In this document: piece after piece, positions 27,454-38,783 of the stretch
Layout of the letters: every line of letters begins with the position of its first letter
Position numbering within the stretch: position 1 is the first letter of the stretch
Origin: the human T2T-CHM13v2.0 reference genome, Homo sapiens
Direction: 5' to 3' (one strand)
DNA: 64,000 bases
NCBI RefSeq assembly: GCF_009914755.1
Contig: NC_060926.1
The notes under the pieces: model-generated
What the model was told of the DNA's origin: nothing
The model's database searches: none
Seen by the model: only the letters and a program-made list of their open reading frames with translations
Made by a program: the position numbers and the translations under genes

Positions 27454-27654
27454 GTTGGGTCAATCATGGGTTCCTTTTCTATCAAGTGAAATAGCCTTCA
27501 ATTGTACCTATATTACATACCTCTGCATCACACTGAAATTGTGGAAATCTTTTCAATGGTTTTAGAAATTGGATCCTTATTTTATACAGTCACTTAGATA
27601 CACTGAGAAATTTCCGTTACTTGACTGTGCTGTTTGCTTTTTGCTGTGTTTCAG

Positions 27655-27675
27655 TGGTTTGGCAATAGATTAGAG
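27655..27675 (+). CDS. GULP1: Candidate GULP1 21-nt in-frame microexon (WFGNRLE)
   Basis: cttgac branch-like motif, then tgtgctgtttgctttttgctgtgtttcag|TGGTTTGGCAATAGATTAGAG|gttggg; phase 0-0. Confidence 0.45.
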
Positions 27676-29217
27676 GTTGGGTTTTCCACCATTTGGTACT
27701 AATTTTCTGGGAACAATCTGATTTCCATTTATTACATTCATATGGCAATGCTGCCTGTATTTATATTAGAAAAAGAGTTTATTCTGCCCTCATAGCCTCA
27801 TAGCCTCATGAATGCCTGCAGAAGATTGTTTCATTATAAGATGTGGGCATAACAAGCTAAATCAAAATGTTCCTCTTGATTCTTGTATCTGGGTACTTTC
27901 ATTTTACTCTTCTGACTATAGAAGGTTTTAACCAAACCAGACTATTGCCAGGAAGTTAAGTGAGTAAAATTGTAGTCCTAGGGAATACTGGATTCTATTG
28001 CTGAGTAAAACAAATGTCTTCCTTTCAATTAAACCCAGTGTTAGATAAAATTATTTCTTTACATAATCAACTGTGTGGCCACTGATTAGACTTGATAGGA
28101 CAATTATAACCTAAAACGTATATTTCATTGTGGATAAACAATGTATCTATTTATTTTCCTCTAGTGTTTTTTCTGCTACTATTGAAGTGAGAATGGGCAA
28201 GAGCAGATTGTGAAAGGTCTTAATTACACAACAAGCTGAATGTGAATCTTTAAACAAAGGCATAAATTTTAAACATGAATTGGTTCAAGAATATTTGATG
28301 CCCACAAAAAATGATTACCATTCTGCAACTTCACTTTCATAATTGTTAGTTGCACAAGATAATTCTAAAAGCATAAACCCTGTCTAACGGGAAGAAAAAT
28401 ATGTTCCCATTCCAGTTCTGATCATAAGTACCTGGTCAAGTCATTTAGCCTCTCCTTCTTTCAGTTTTCCACTTTGTGGTACAATTATATCCATTTAACT
28501 TGAAAGATTCTTGTGAAAACTGTAAGATAGTAGGTCTTACAACTAAGAGATCAGTATAAACCAACTGCAGACCTAGAAATCTGAAAAAACACAGATCTTC
28601 TGCTGTAAGTTCTAAATTAGAGAAGTCATTACCTTTAAACTTTATTTAAAAAGTGATATTGAAGATACATTATAACAATGAACTTTAAAAGTATGAATCA
28701 GCATGGTAATCTAGAAAGATCTGCTAGAACATTTTATGCTACCATTTTCTTTCTCCATCTTTAATGTTATTTATAATTTTTCGGGTTTTTTAACTAGAAA
28801 AAATTGATTTAATATATAAATGTAAGGGAATTTATTTCTTAATTATTTCTTAATTTAATTATAAATAGAATTTTGAACCCTGCCATTTTAGTAATTGTGA
28901 TAAATTATATTTTAATCTTGACATTTTTGTTTTATGTTTAAAAAGTCTTTGGATATTTTTATTGCCAGTGCAATTAACAGCAAAACATAAAATTTCATTA
29001 TAATGCTAATATTTCTGTAGATATTATGACAGAATTGCTTAATCTTAAAAGCAGTGTTTCTGTTATTATTGTTTAAATGTATTTAATATTTGTGGATAGA
29101 ATTCAAACACTTTTATATTTCTTTTTGTTGTCACATTTATATAAAACTCAAGGTTGAAATATTCACCATTGCCTAAATGCACCAAGACACTACTTACTGA
29201 AAAAAAAGAGCTACAAA

Positions 29218-29386
29218 GGGGAGGGAGAGCATTAGGACAAATACCTGATGCATATAGGGCTTAAAACCTAGATGACAGGTTGATAGGTGCAGCAAACTAC
29301 CATGACACATATATACCTAGGTAACAGACCTTCATGTTCTGCTCATGTATCGCAGAACTTAAAGTAAAATAAAAAAAAAAAAGAAT
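29218..29386 (+). mobile_element. Short L1PA (PA7/8-like) 3' end
   Basis: gagcattaggacaaatacct...aaaacctagatgacagg...agaacttaaagtaaaataaaaa; perfect 15-bp TSD aaaaagagctacaaa at 29203-29217 and 29387-29401. Confidence 0.93.
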
Positions 29387-30214
29387 AAAAAGAGCTACAA
29401 AAATGTAGCAACAACAAATCTCAAACATGGACACTCATTATTAATATATCTGAATAACCTAACAACTTCTGTATAATTACCATATAATTTTTGAGCACAG
29501 AATTCCCCTAAGTATAATAATTCAGATACTGTGCATGTTCCTAAAGACCAAAACACCTGGAACTACGAACATAAAGCAGTTGCTTGAACAGTGGTGCCAT
29601 GTACTTCTGTAGGACAATCCAAAAAATTTGGTTCCTAGCCATCTGTCAGAACACTGACAGAAAGACCAAAATAAAATTCCTCAAACTGATTTTCTTCTCA
29701 ACAATGTATTTAATTACTTTAACACATAAACATCCTCAACCAGTTAAAAATAGCAGCCAAAAAAAAGACTGGTTCCAGAACCTTGAAACCTAAGTGCGAA
29801 ATTGTCACTGTTTGCCATTTAGGTGCTACATCCGCACGTTCATATCCTTATTGAATAGGCCTAACCATTTAGTACAGAATCAAGCACCAAATTTATCCAT
29901 ATATTTAAATGTGCTGGACTTAGATTTCATTTTTATAGGGAATTACATATAACATCTGATTCCTTGACTTGAATTGCTTCTAGGTTAGGAATCAAAAACT
30001 CAAACTTTAATATAGCCCAGATTATGACATTCAAGTGTGAAATGGGCATATGGTAGGAGTGATAAATTTGAAAGCACAGGCTACCTTCAAAGACACAGCA
30101 GATATTCAATACCACTCAACTATTTTCATGCAAGTATGTGGGCCCACTTTCTAGATTTCCTAACTTCTGGAGAAAAGTTCTGGATTTTAATATGTAATCT
30201 ATTTTTATATATTA

Positions 30215-30376
30215 ATTTATTTTTAATTTAAAAATTTCTATTGATACATATTAGTTGTACATGTTTGTGGGTAGAGATGATATTTTGATACCTGCACACA
30301 GTGTGTAATGATCGAGTCAGGGTAATTGCAATATCCATCACCTCAAACATTTATCTTTTCTTTGTGTTGGGAACAG
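30215..30376 (-). mobile_element. L1MA 3'-end fragment
   Basis: ttgatacatattagttgtacatg...gtgtaatgatcgagtcagggtaattg...tttgtgttgggaaca. Confidence 0.8.
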
Positions 30377-31106
30377 CTAGTTCTATACTTTAAAAGACCC
30401 ATGTGATCTAAACAAAAACTGCCAAATTGCTGATGATCCAAAGAAGACCTGTGAGGACTAGTTCTGGAGTATTAAACTCTAGTACCAAAACAGTTGACAT
30501 TATTAAATATCCCTGATTTACCATTCTGAAATTGAAAAAACCTCTTAATTGTAGTATATAAATACTTGATTATTTTTATATTATATACATTCTCCATTTC
30601 TGTAAGTTTACCTCCCCAGAGGAAGTAGTACTATGAGAATACTGCAGACACCATGATAAAAATAACAGAGCACTTTCAAGTAAGGTTATTTTGACCTTCA
30701 GTTGGTTTTCAGGTACCTAGTAAAGAATTTTGGCCAACATATATCCTAAAAAATATAGAGTATTACCATGTATATTTTAAACTAGATAATATCAAGGACA
30801 ACTTCCACTTAATATCTTATCTTTACTCAGTACAGACAGCCTTATCAATTAACAGTTTAAGTAAAAAGATGCTCTGGTATAAATTAGACAATAAATATCA
30901 TTTACACTAATGTGTTACATAGAGTATTTGGGAACGAAAAACAAAAATTTTCTCACAAAGAGCTTACAATTGTAATCTGTAATTAAAAGGTGGCTACCAA
31001 GGACAGAATTTTACAGTAAGTTATATCGAACAAAAACAGATTTTAAAAATTGTGTACATACACATCTCTACATAAATAGATGGAGGTGTATTACAATGGA
31101 GATCAA

Positions 31107-31464
<358 letters not shown>

Positions 31465-31697
31465 TTATATAACTCAGACTAGCAGAGGTTCTGCTTCCAC
31501 ACTGAACCCTTCCCTCAATTTAATCTCTCACTTTACATGGCTTCCTTTTTCTCTCTGCTTCCAGAAATATGTGAAGGGGGGCCTCCTAGCTTAAGGACAT
31601 ACCTCAGACTTGTTGGTCCTTAAAATTCTAATTTTAGTTACTACCTTTTACAATAAAGTTTATCAAAAATCAGATTATTTTTGGCTGCCTGAATTTT

Positions 31698-32381
31698 TGT
31701 TAGTGGTGAAAGATCTCTGACATGTGATTTGCGGCTGAGGAATGTGGCTCCCGGCCAGAATCTTATGTGCGATCTTTCTGGCCCGAGCGTAGGCAGTTAC
31801 AAAGGCTTTGCCTGGCACACCTCATCACATTGTATTTGGTGGGAGAAAGGTGCCCTCATCACATTGTATTTGGTGCACAGTTTGGAGGAATTGAATCTAG
31901 TACTCAGGTGCCCTGGCCAGCCATGCTCTTGTGCATATCTGCATTTATAGCCCAGGCAACTCCACTCAGGGGCCTCCTTTTAGGGGGCCTTAGGTGCCTC
32001 TCCTGAGACCACCTTATTCGAGGGTCTTGGAGACCACTTTTCTCCAGTATGACTCAGTATTCAGTACTTTTCTACTGCTAGCCCTTCCCTTCTCCCTCCT
32101 ACCGTCTCTTGTCCGAAAAAAACCCTCAGGAACCTTTTGTTCAGGAGTCCCTAAGTAATGAGACAAAGCCTCACTTCTGCAGTGATACATCTGACCCTTG
32201 CTCAAGTGCCATTCCTTGGGGAAAATGGAGCATTGATGGAGCAGGCACCTTCTCTCTGGCCTCTTGCTTATACTATAGCAGTAAATGAATAAAGACTTAA
32301 TTATTACTTCCATTTTGGCTGCTGTTTAATTGGCCACTGTGACATCTGGCAGCTCAGCTCTCTCCAGCTCAGCTCTTAACA
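31698..32381 (+). mobile_element. Probable solo ERV LTR, family not assigned
   Basis: 684-bp GC-elevated block with inverted termini TGTTA...TAACA and AATAAA at 32288; no clear TSD. Confidence 0.55.
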
Positions 32382-32564
32382 GTAGCTTTCCATGTTGTAA
32401 TGGAAATAGCCCCTAAAAGTCATGCACATACTGATGTTCAGACCTAGTACACTGCTTGCTTGTTATTCATTATCTCTCTGATTTATTTGAGATCCTTGTC
32501 AATCACCTCTTCCCATCACCCAAAAAGTCTTACAATTTGGAGCTCCTCATGACTATAGAAAGGG

Positions 32565-32745
32565 CATGATGACTAGAATCAGACTGTTTTGAATTTTGAA
32601 TCTGCTTTCTACCTCATACAAGTCACAAAGAATCTGTGGACCTTAATTCCCATGTATTTATTGTAATAAGGACATAATATCACTACTACTGATACTTCAA
32701 ATAATGTTTTGAGGATTAAATATAAAATGTATGTTGTAATCCCTT
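32565..32745 (+). mobile_element. MIR remnant
   Basis: tagaatcagactg...ttgaatctgctttctacc...gttttgaggattaaatataaaatgtatg. Confidence 0.55.
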
Positions 32746-33174
32746 TTGAAAATTCTACACAACCATAACTTTATGTACAAGAGTTTACTCCTAGTTCTGT
32801 AACTGTTCTCTCATTACTATCCTTCCTTTTTCCATTTCATTACAGAAGCCCTCTCCAAAATAAATCTTCAGGCTTTCTTCATGTTTCTCTCCATTACCTT
32901 CCTCTTAGGTCCCGATGAATGCAACATTCTATTTAAAATACCAAAAAATGTAATATTTCAGTAAAAAAAAGATCAAATTAAGCAATCCAGAATCTAAGGA
33001 CTATCACATAGGAAAATCAACTCTAACTCTATGTTTTAATTTTAGAAAAGTTACTGTGAAATGATCTTATCATCTTAACAAAACACCATTTTACAAATAA
33101 ATTTCAAGTATACTTTCTCCTTTCCTCCATGCCTGCCCTCTTAGGATATTTCTTTTTCTGTCATTCCTTTACAG

Positions 33175-33399
33175 CTGCTGCACAATATGTCTGATCATGA
33201 ACAACATGTGTTTCAGAGATGCTCATCCTCTTTCTGGCGTAGTAATGGTGATTCATCTCCCTGTCTCAATATTTCTTCCATCTCTGTCACTCCTATCAAC
33301 TCGCCTGATTCCAGACTATCACTGGGACTGTTAATACCACCACCTTCTAAATGTGGCTTTCCCAAGCCAGTCAGTGAGAGCAGCATCCCAAGACCTCAT
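33175..33399 (+). CDS. GULP1: Candidate GULP1 alternative cassette exon (75 aa, Ser/Pro-rich; alternative in-frame acceptor at 33145 gives 85 aa)
   Basis: tcattcctttacag|CTG ... CAT|gtaatt; 225 nt, phase 0-0, no stop. Translates LLHNMSDHEQHVFQRCSSSFWRSNGDSSPCLNISSISVTPINSPDSRLSLGLLIPPPSKCGFPKPVSESSIPRPH. Non-repetitive and in frame with the flanking phase-0 exons. Confidence 0.65.
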
Positions 33400-33539
33400 G
33401 TAATTTGCTAAGCAGATAATTCTTTTTTATTATCCCACTTATTTTGCTTAAATTCTGCCAAAATGTGCTATTTGTAAAGTTATCAAAAATTTAGATGTAT
33501 CTTGAGTCAATGTGATGTGATCTGGAGCCTTTGTGTGCC

Positions 33540-34050
33540 ATTGTTGTTTTCTTTGATTACCTGATACCAGAAAGTTTCAAGTAGAGGGTGGTGACAGTGT
33601 AGAAATTTACATACAGATACTTCAAAGGATCTATCAGATGTTGCAGTTGGGAAATTAGATCATTGGTAAGAGCAATTTCAGCAGAGTTCAGTGCAAAAAG
33701 AACAAATCTAGATTGATAAGAGTTAAAGATAGAATGAAGTAAATCTTAGGACAGAAAGTGTAGTATCTCTTTCAAGGAGCTTAGCCTTGAAGGAAAAAGA
33801 AAAACAGAATAGAGGCTGGAAGATTAAAGAGGGACAGAGTAAATAAATTTTTGATTGATTTGTTTTGCTTTTAATGACAGCCAAGATTTTAGAATTTTTG
33901 TATCGTGAAAAAGAGTAGAGATATAGAAGTGAGAGGGGATACAGGAATGGGATAATTAGGGGAATGGTATTGCTGAGTAACAGTAAAGGGGTGAGGGGAT
34001 ACAATAAACAAATTGTTAAAGAAAGGGGGATGACAGCAATTTTCCTGCAT
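33540..34050 (+). mobile_element. L2 remnant
   Basis: agagcaatttcagcagagt..., tctttcaaggagcttagccttgaagg and purine-rich L2-like texture. Confidence 0.5.
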
Positions 34051-34924
34051 GAAAAATAATGTACTAGCAATTATTTTAGCTGAATAGCAAACCCATCATT
34101 CTCTACACACAATAAGCCTGATTTTTTCATCACCTGCACTACCTGTGAATCAGAAAATTAAACGTATTCTGAGAATTCTAATTTTAATATGAACTACTGG
34201 AAGCAATCTCTGTCCAAGTTCTCACAGGAAAAGCAAATTTTTCGCCACTATTCCCCCAAAATGGAAATTCTCTTTTATCCCTGATCAAATCAGATGGTTT
34301 TCAAAGGAGATTATACATATATACATATTGTTCCCTGTTTTACAAAGTGATAAATGTCTAATTTTGATATTACTTCTTGGCTACATTTTCATGAGATTTT
34401 CATTTATCTTTCCCTATATGTGTTCAGTCCTGGCCCAGACTGTATCAGAAAACTCAATGATTTGGGCAGTACACTGGCGATTATTAATTTAGTTTATAAG
34501 ATTGCTATTTATTACAGAAAACTTGATGAAATCTTTCAGGAGTAAAATGTACTGCAATGAATATCAGTTGGTTCCCATTGTTGATATAAATACAAACTAA
34601 AATATACTCTACTTTTGAGAATGCAAAAAAAATCAATTGCATTTGAATGTTTATATTTAAGAAGGCAGGTCACTTATGTCTAATTATTCCAGTTTAAAAT
34701 GTAATCTTATGCAGCGTATCTTACTGAAATCATATTTTTACATGAATAGTTTCTAATATATCTAATTCTCTGTTACAAGTAGCAGTCATTTCTATATATC
34801 CCAAAAATTCACTGTATCTTTTATATTCATCTGGAATAATATTGTCACCGTTTTTGCCATCATCTTTGAGAGCATTTTTACAGAAATTTTCTATTGCTTT
34901 CTTCTAAATGAGCATTTATCATAA

Positions 34925-35002
34925 TTAGTGGAACCATATGAAATTGCGAATACTTAACTATTTTTGGTCTACAAAATGGCAAATTCTTATGATGCAACTG
35001 AA
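34925..35002. mobile_element. MADE2 (mariner-derived ~80-bp palindromic MITE)
   Basis: ttagtggaaccatatgaaattgc...ggcaaattcttatgatgcaactgaa forms imperfect TIRs matching the recalled MADE2 consensus. Confidence 0.7.
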
Positions 35003-35098
35003 TTTGTTGTTTACATATATTTTATATGCATATGAAATATTTAGCATTACAATGTGTCTATATGAAATATTACCCTAATTCATTTATTTTCATTGCAG

Positions 35099-35237
35099 GC
35101 AGGCAGTATGACACCTAAGTCGCCCTCCACTGACATCTTTGATATGATTCCATTTTCTCCAATATCACACCAGTCTTCGATGCCTACTCGCAATGGCACA
35201 CAGCCACCTCCAGTACCTAGTAGATCTACTGAGATTA
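35099..35237 (+). CDS. GULP1: GULP1 internal coding exon (Ser/Pro-rich; ~A204-I249)
   Basis: ttttcattgcag|GCA acceptor and ATT A|gtaagc donor; 139 nt, phase 0-1. Translates [46 protein letters not shown]; overlaps track ORF 35093..35356. Confidence 0.96.
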
Positions 35238-35794
35238 GTAAGCTTTCTCAACAAATCAAAGTTTCTTGTTATAGTTGCATACATTTTAAATATATAATTA
35301 AGACTTTGTGGGAAATTACATATCTTAACAACCTTACTTACAATTTTAATTATTAAAGTATTATTTTTATATTTGTATAAATTTCCATTAATTCTATTTT
35401 ACTTTATAATTCAGACTACACTACTAATGACATCTCTGCTTGCAACTTTTACCTATTGTGTGAACAATTATGTTTTGGTGTATTACTTCATATTTAATTA
35501 TATATCACTGTTTTGGGTTATATTTTTAATATTTTACTTTAACTTTTAAAAATAACTGGTGGTAATTAAATTGATCATTTTTTACATGTTTAATAGAGCT
35601 GGTTAAAATATTTTTGTTATCATAGGGTTTATGGACTTTTTTGTTAAAAAATATATAAATTATATCATGATTTCTTAACCTTTTGTAAGGGTTCTTTCCT
35701 ATCTAAAATGCTATAAATTCATTGCTTTTCTGTTTTATCTTTTATATATCTGGAAGGAATATTAAAGTCTCTTTTTGATGAATTAGAAAACACC

Positions 35795-36995
35795 TATAAG
35801 CCTGTAAAATAAAAAGCAAGTTAGTTACTTGTAAAATACAATGAGCATACAGGCATTGGGTGAACGTTTCCATTCCAAATTGGAGAAATTGGCAAAGCGA
35901 AGGAGCCACAGGCCCCTTGCAAGTTTGAAACCCGGTGGGGCAGTCATTAAATCTTAAAGCTCCAAAATTATCTCATTTTACTCCATGTGTCACATCCAGG
36001 GCATGCTAATGCAAGGGATGGACCCCAAGGCCTTGGGCAGCTCCACCTCTGTGGCTCTGCAGGGTACAGCCCCCATAGCTGTTTTCACAGGCTGGCATTG
36101 AGTGACAGGCACACAGTGCAAGCTGTTGGTGGATCTACCATTCGGGGGTCTGAAAGACAGTGGCCCTCTTCTCACAGCTCCACTAGGCAGTGCCCCAGTG
36201 GGGACTCTGTGTGGGGGCTTTAACCCTACATTTCTCCTCTGCATTGCCCTAGTAGAGGTTCTCCATGAGGGCTCTGCTCCTGCCACAGACTTCTGCCTGA
36301 ACATTCAGGCGTTTCCATACATCCTCCGAAATCTAGGCAGAGGCTCCCAAAGCTCAACTCTTGTCTTCTGTGCACCTGCAGGCCCAACACCACAGGGAAG
36401 CCACCAAGGCTTAGGGCTTTTACCCCATGAAGCAATGGCTTGAGCTGTATCTTGGCCCCTTTTAGCCATGGCTAGAGCTGGAGTGGCTGGGATGCAGGAC
36501 ATCAAGTCCTGAGGTTGCACAGAGCAGCAGGGCCCTGGGCTTGGCCCACGAAACCATTTTTTCCTCTTAGGCCTCTGGACCTTTGACGGGAGGGGCTGCC
36601 GCAGATGTCTGACATGTGCTGGTGACATCTTCCCCATTGTCTTGGCTATTAACATTCAGCTCCTTTTTACTTTTGCAAATTTCTGCAAGAGGCTTGAATT
36701 TCTCCTCAGAAAATGGGTTTTCTTTTTCTACCACATAGTCGGGCTGCATATTTTCCAAACTTTTTGCTCTGCTTCCTTTTTAAACGTAAGTTCTAATTTC
36801 AAATTATTTCTTTGTGAATGCATATGACTGTATGCTTTTAGAAAAAGCCAGGTCACATCTTGAATGCTTTGCTGCTTAGAAATTTCTTCTGCCAGATACC
36901 CTAAATCATCTCTCTCAAGTTCAAAGTTCCACAGATCTCTAGGGCAGGGGTAAAACACTGCTAGTCTCTTTGCTGAAGTGTAACAAGAGTGCTCC
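35795..36995 (-). mobile_element. MST/THE1 internal-region fragment without LTRs
   Basis: Collinear with the MaLR internal sequence at 8150-8996/10924-11180; spurious ORFs such as RDLWNFELERDDLGYLAEEISKQQSIQ. Confidence 0.88.
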
Positions 36996-37105
36996 AGTAA
37001 CACCTTGATAGATTTTTCAGTGTCTAAATATTCCTGAGTATCAAAGTTTGATAAATATAGACAGAGAAATAGAGATTATATAGACATAATCTATATAAGT
37101 GAGTC

Positions 37106-37190
37106 ACTCCAAGTCACTTCTTGTCATTTCGTTTACTAAATTTTTACTTCCTTTTACAACGGGACATGTTTGAAGCAGAACCTTTTCACC
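37106..37190 (+). pseudogene. Degenerate partial duplicate of the GULP1 acceptor and first ~33 nt of exon 38689-38783
   Basis: Hand alignment to 38636-38721 gives ~11 mismatches and 1 gap in 86 columns. The acceptor gcAG has become ttAC; RDMFEAEPF versus RDLFGAEPF. Confidence 0.85.
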
Positions 37191-37702
37191 AAATCTTCCC
37201 TTTCATTAATTCATTTTTTAACAAACACCTACTAGGTGAAAAACATTATTCAGTATGCTTATGGTGTAGTGGAAACCAGGACATTTCTCCAGAGAAAAGA
37301 TCCTCTGAAATCTAAATTTTGATTGATTGCCTGAGCAACACTAAACTGAGGAAAATAAATAACAGCAATAGTAATATTCATCAGTTATATATAAGGTAAC
37401 AATAAATTCCCATTTGATTAGGATAGCCCTGGCTTATAGATTTTTACCCAGTGTAACTATTGGAAATGCTCCTTTTAGTTTTAAAAGCATCTGTATTTGG
37501 ATGATAAATTATATGTTCTCCTTATTTATACAATACCTGCAAGTACAAGGAGCTTGTAAGAATTTCACATTTATTAACTTATTTAATACAAGAATCTGGG
37601 AAAAAACATGAAAACTGGAAAAGTAAGACTCCTTCACAATGAGAATCACAGAGTGATTTTAGAGGATATGGCAGAAATCAAGTAGCATAAATATTATTTC
37701 TT

Positions 37703-37786
37703 TTTTAATTTTTTAATTTTTTAATTTTTTTATTATACTTTAAGTTTTAGGGTACATGTGCACATTGTGCAGGTTAGTTACCTATG
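37703..37786 (-). mobile_element. Extremely 5'-truncated young L1 (L1PA2/non-Ta L1HS-like) 3' end
   Basis: Reverse complement reads aactaacctgcacaatgtgcacatgtaccctaaaacttaaagtataataa plus a patterned A tail; TSD tatttctt at 37695-37702 and 37787-37794. Confidence 0.85.
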
Positions 37787-38688
37787 TATTTCTTACATAG
37801 AATTGAATTTAGAGAATGTAAAGTTCTCTGCAAAATGAAGGTATGAATATGTTATAAATACTAATTTTCATATATAGTGTAATGTTTTTCCAATTAAGGA
37901 TACATTTGAATTGATTCAGAGGAAAGAAATTTCTTAAGAATTTTTTATTTTAAAAATCCCATAATAGGCCGTAATCTATCAATTACAAACATCAATTTTA
38001 ACTTTGATACTTCTTTAGTGATAAAAAAGTAGTGCATACTTTAGAACATATGTACAGAAAGCTTTTTTGACATTGCATTCCTGCTGCTTTTAAAAAAGAA
38101 ATGTATTTCTGGGATAGGAGGCATTTTTAAAGAAACTATCTCATTGTGACTATCTAGAAAGGTGACATTTCATACTACATGAGACAATGTGCTTTAAAAT
38201 TTTCTCTGAATAAAAGGAGAGATAAGAGTACATGAACTTTGAGTAGAGCTACTTACAAGTCTACTTAGTCCTACATATTGCTTTACTATTGTGTTGCAAG
38301 GCATCAATCAATGGAATTAGGGTAGTCTCAATGAGTAGTGCATTAATTTTAGCAAATTTAAATTGCTTCAATAAAATATAGGTGTTGTAACATACAATTA
38401 TCAGCTCTTTGGTGAATTTGACATTAAGAAATCTTCACTAAAATACAGAAACCTCTCTAGATAATAATTCTTTATAATAAAACTTTTTAATATCATAAAA
38501 TGGATCTTTTCTTCCTTGTTAATGTTTAACTGGTCTAAGGTCAGGAAAGCCCAACATACAGTGTAAGTGTGGGTTAGTGGCTTATTTGATCATGTAAATA
38601 TTCATTTATATAATCCTGCCTTTGAAATCTAACTAACTCCAGCTCACTTCTTGTTATTTCATTTACTAAATTATTTCCTTCCTTGCAG

Positions 38689-38783
38689 AACGGGACCTGT
38701 TTGGAGCAGAACCTTTTGACCCATTTAACTGTGGAGCAGCAGATTTCCCTCCAGATATTCAATCAAAATTAGATGAGATGCAG
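38689..38783 (+). CDS. GULP1: GULP1 internal coding exon (DLF/DPF motif region; ~K250-Q281)
   Basis: ttccttccttgcag|AA acceptor and CAG|gtgact donor; 95 nt, phase 1-0, completing the split Lys codon. Translates (K)[31 protein letters not shown]. Confidence 0.96.

Noticed and set aside
37121-37315. 64-aa ORF containing RDMFEAEPF as a mutually exclusive exon
   Set aside because: The acceptor AG is AC, homology stops after ~33 exon nt and no equivalent donor follows; treated as a dead partial duplicate.
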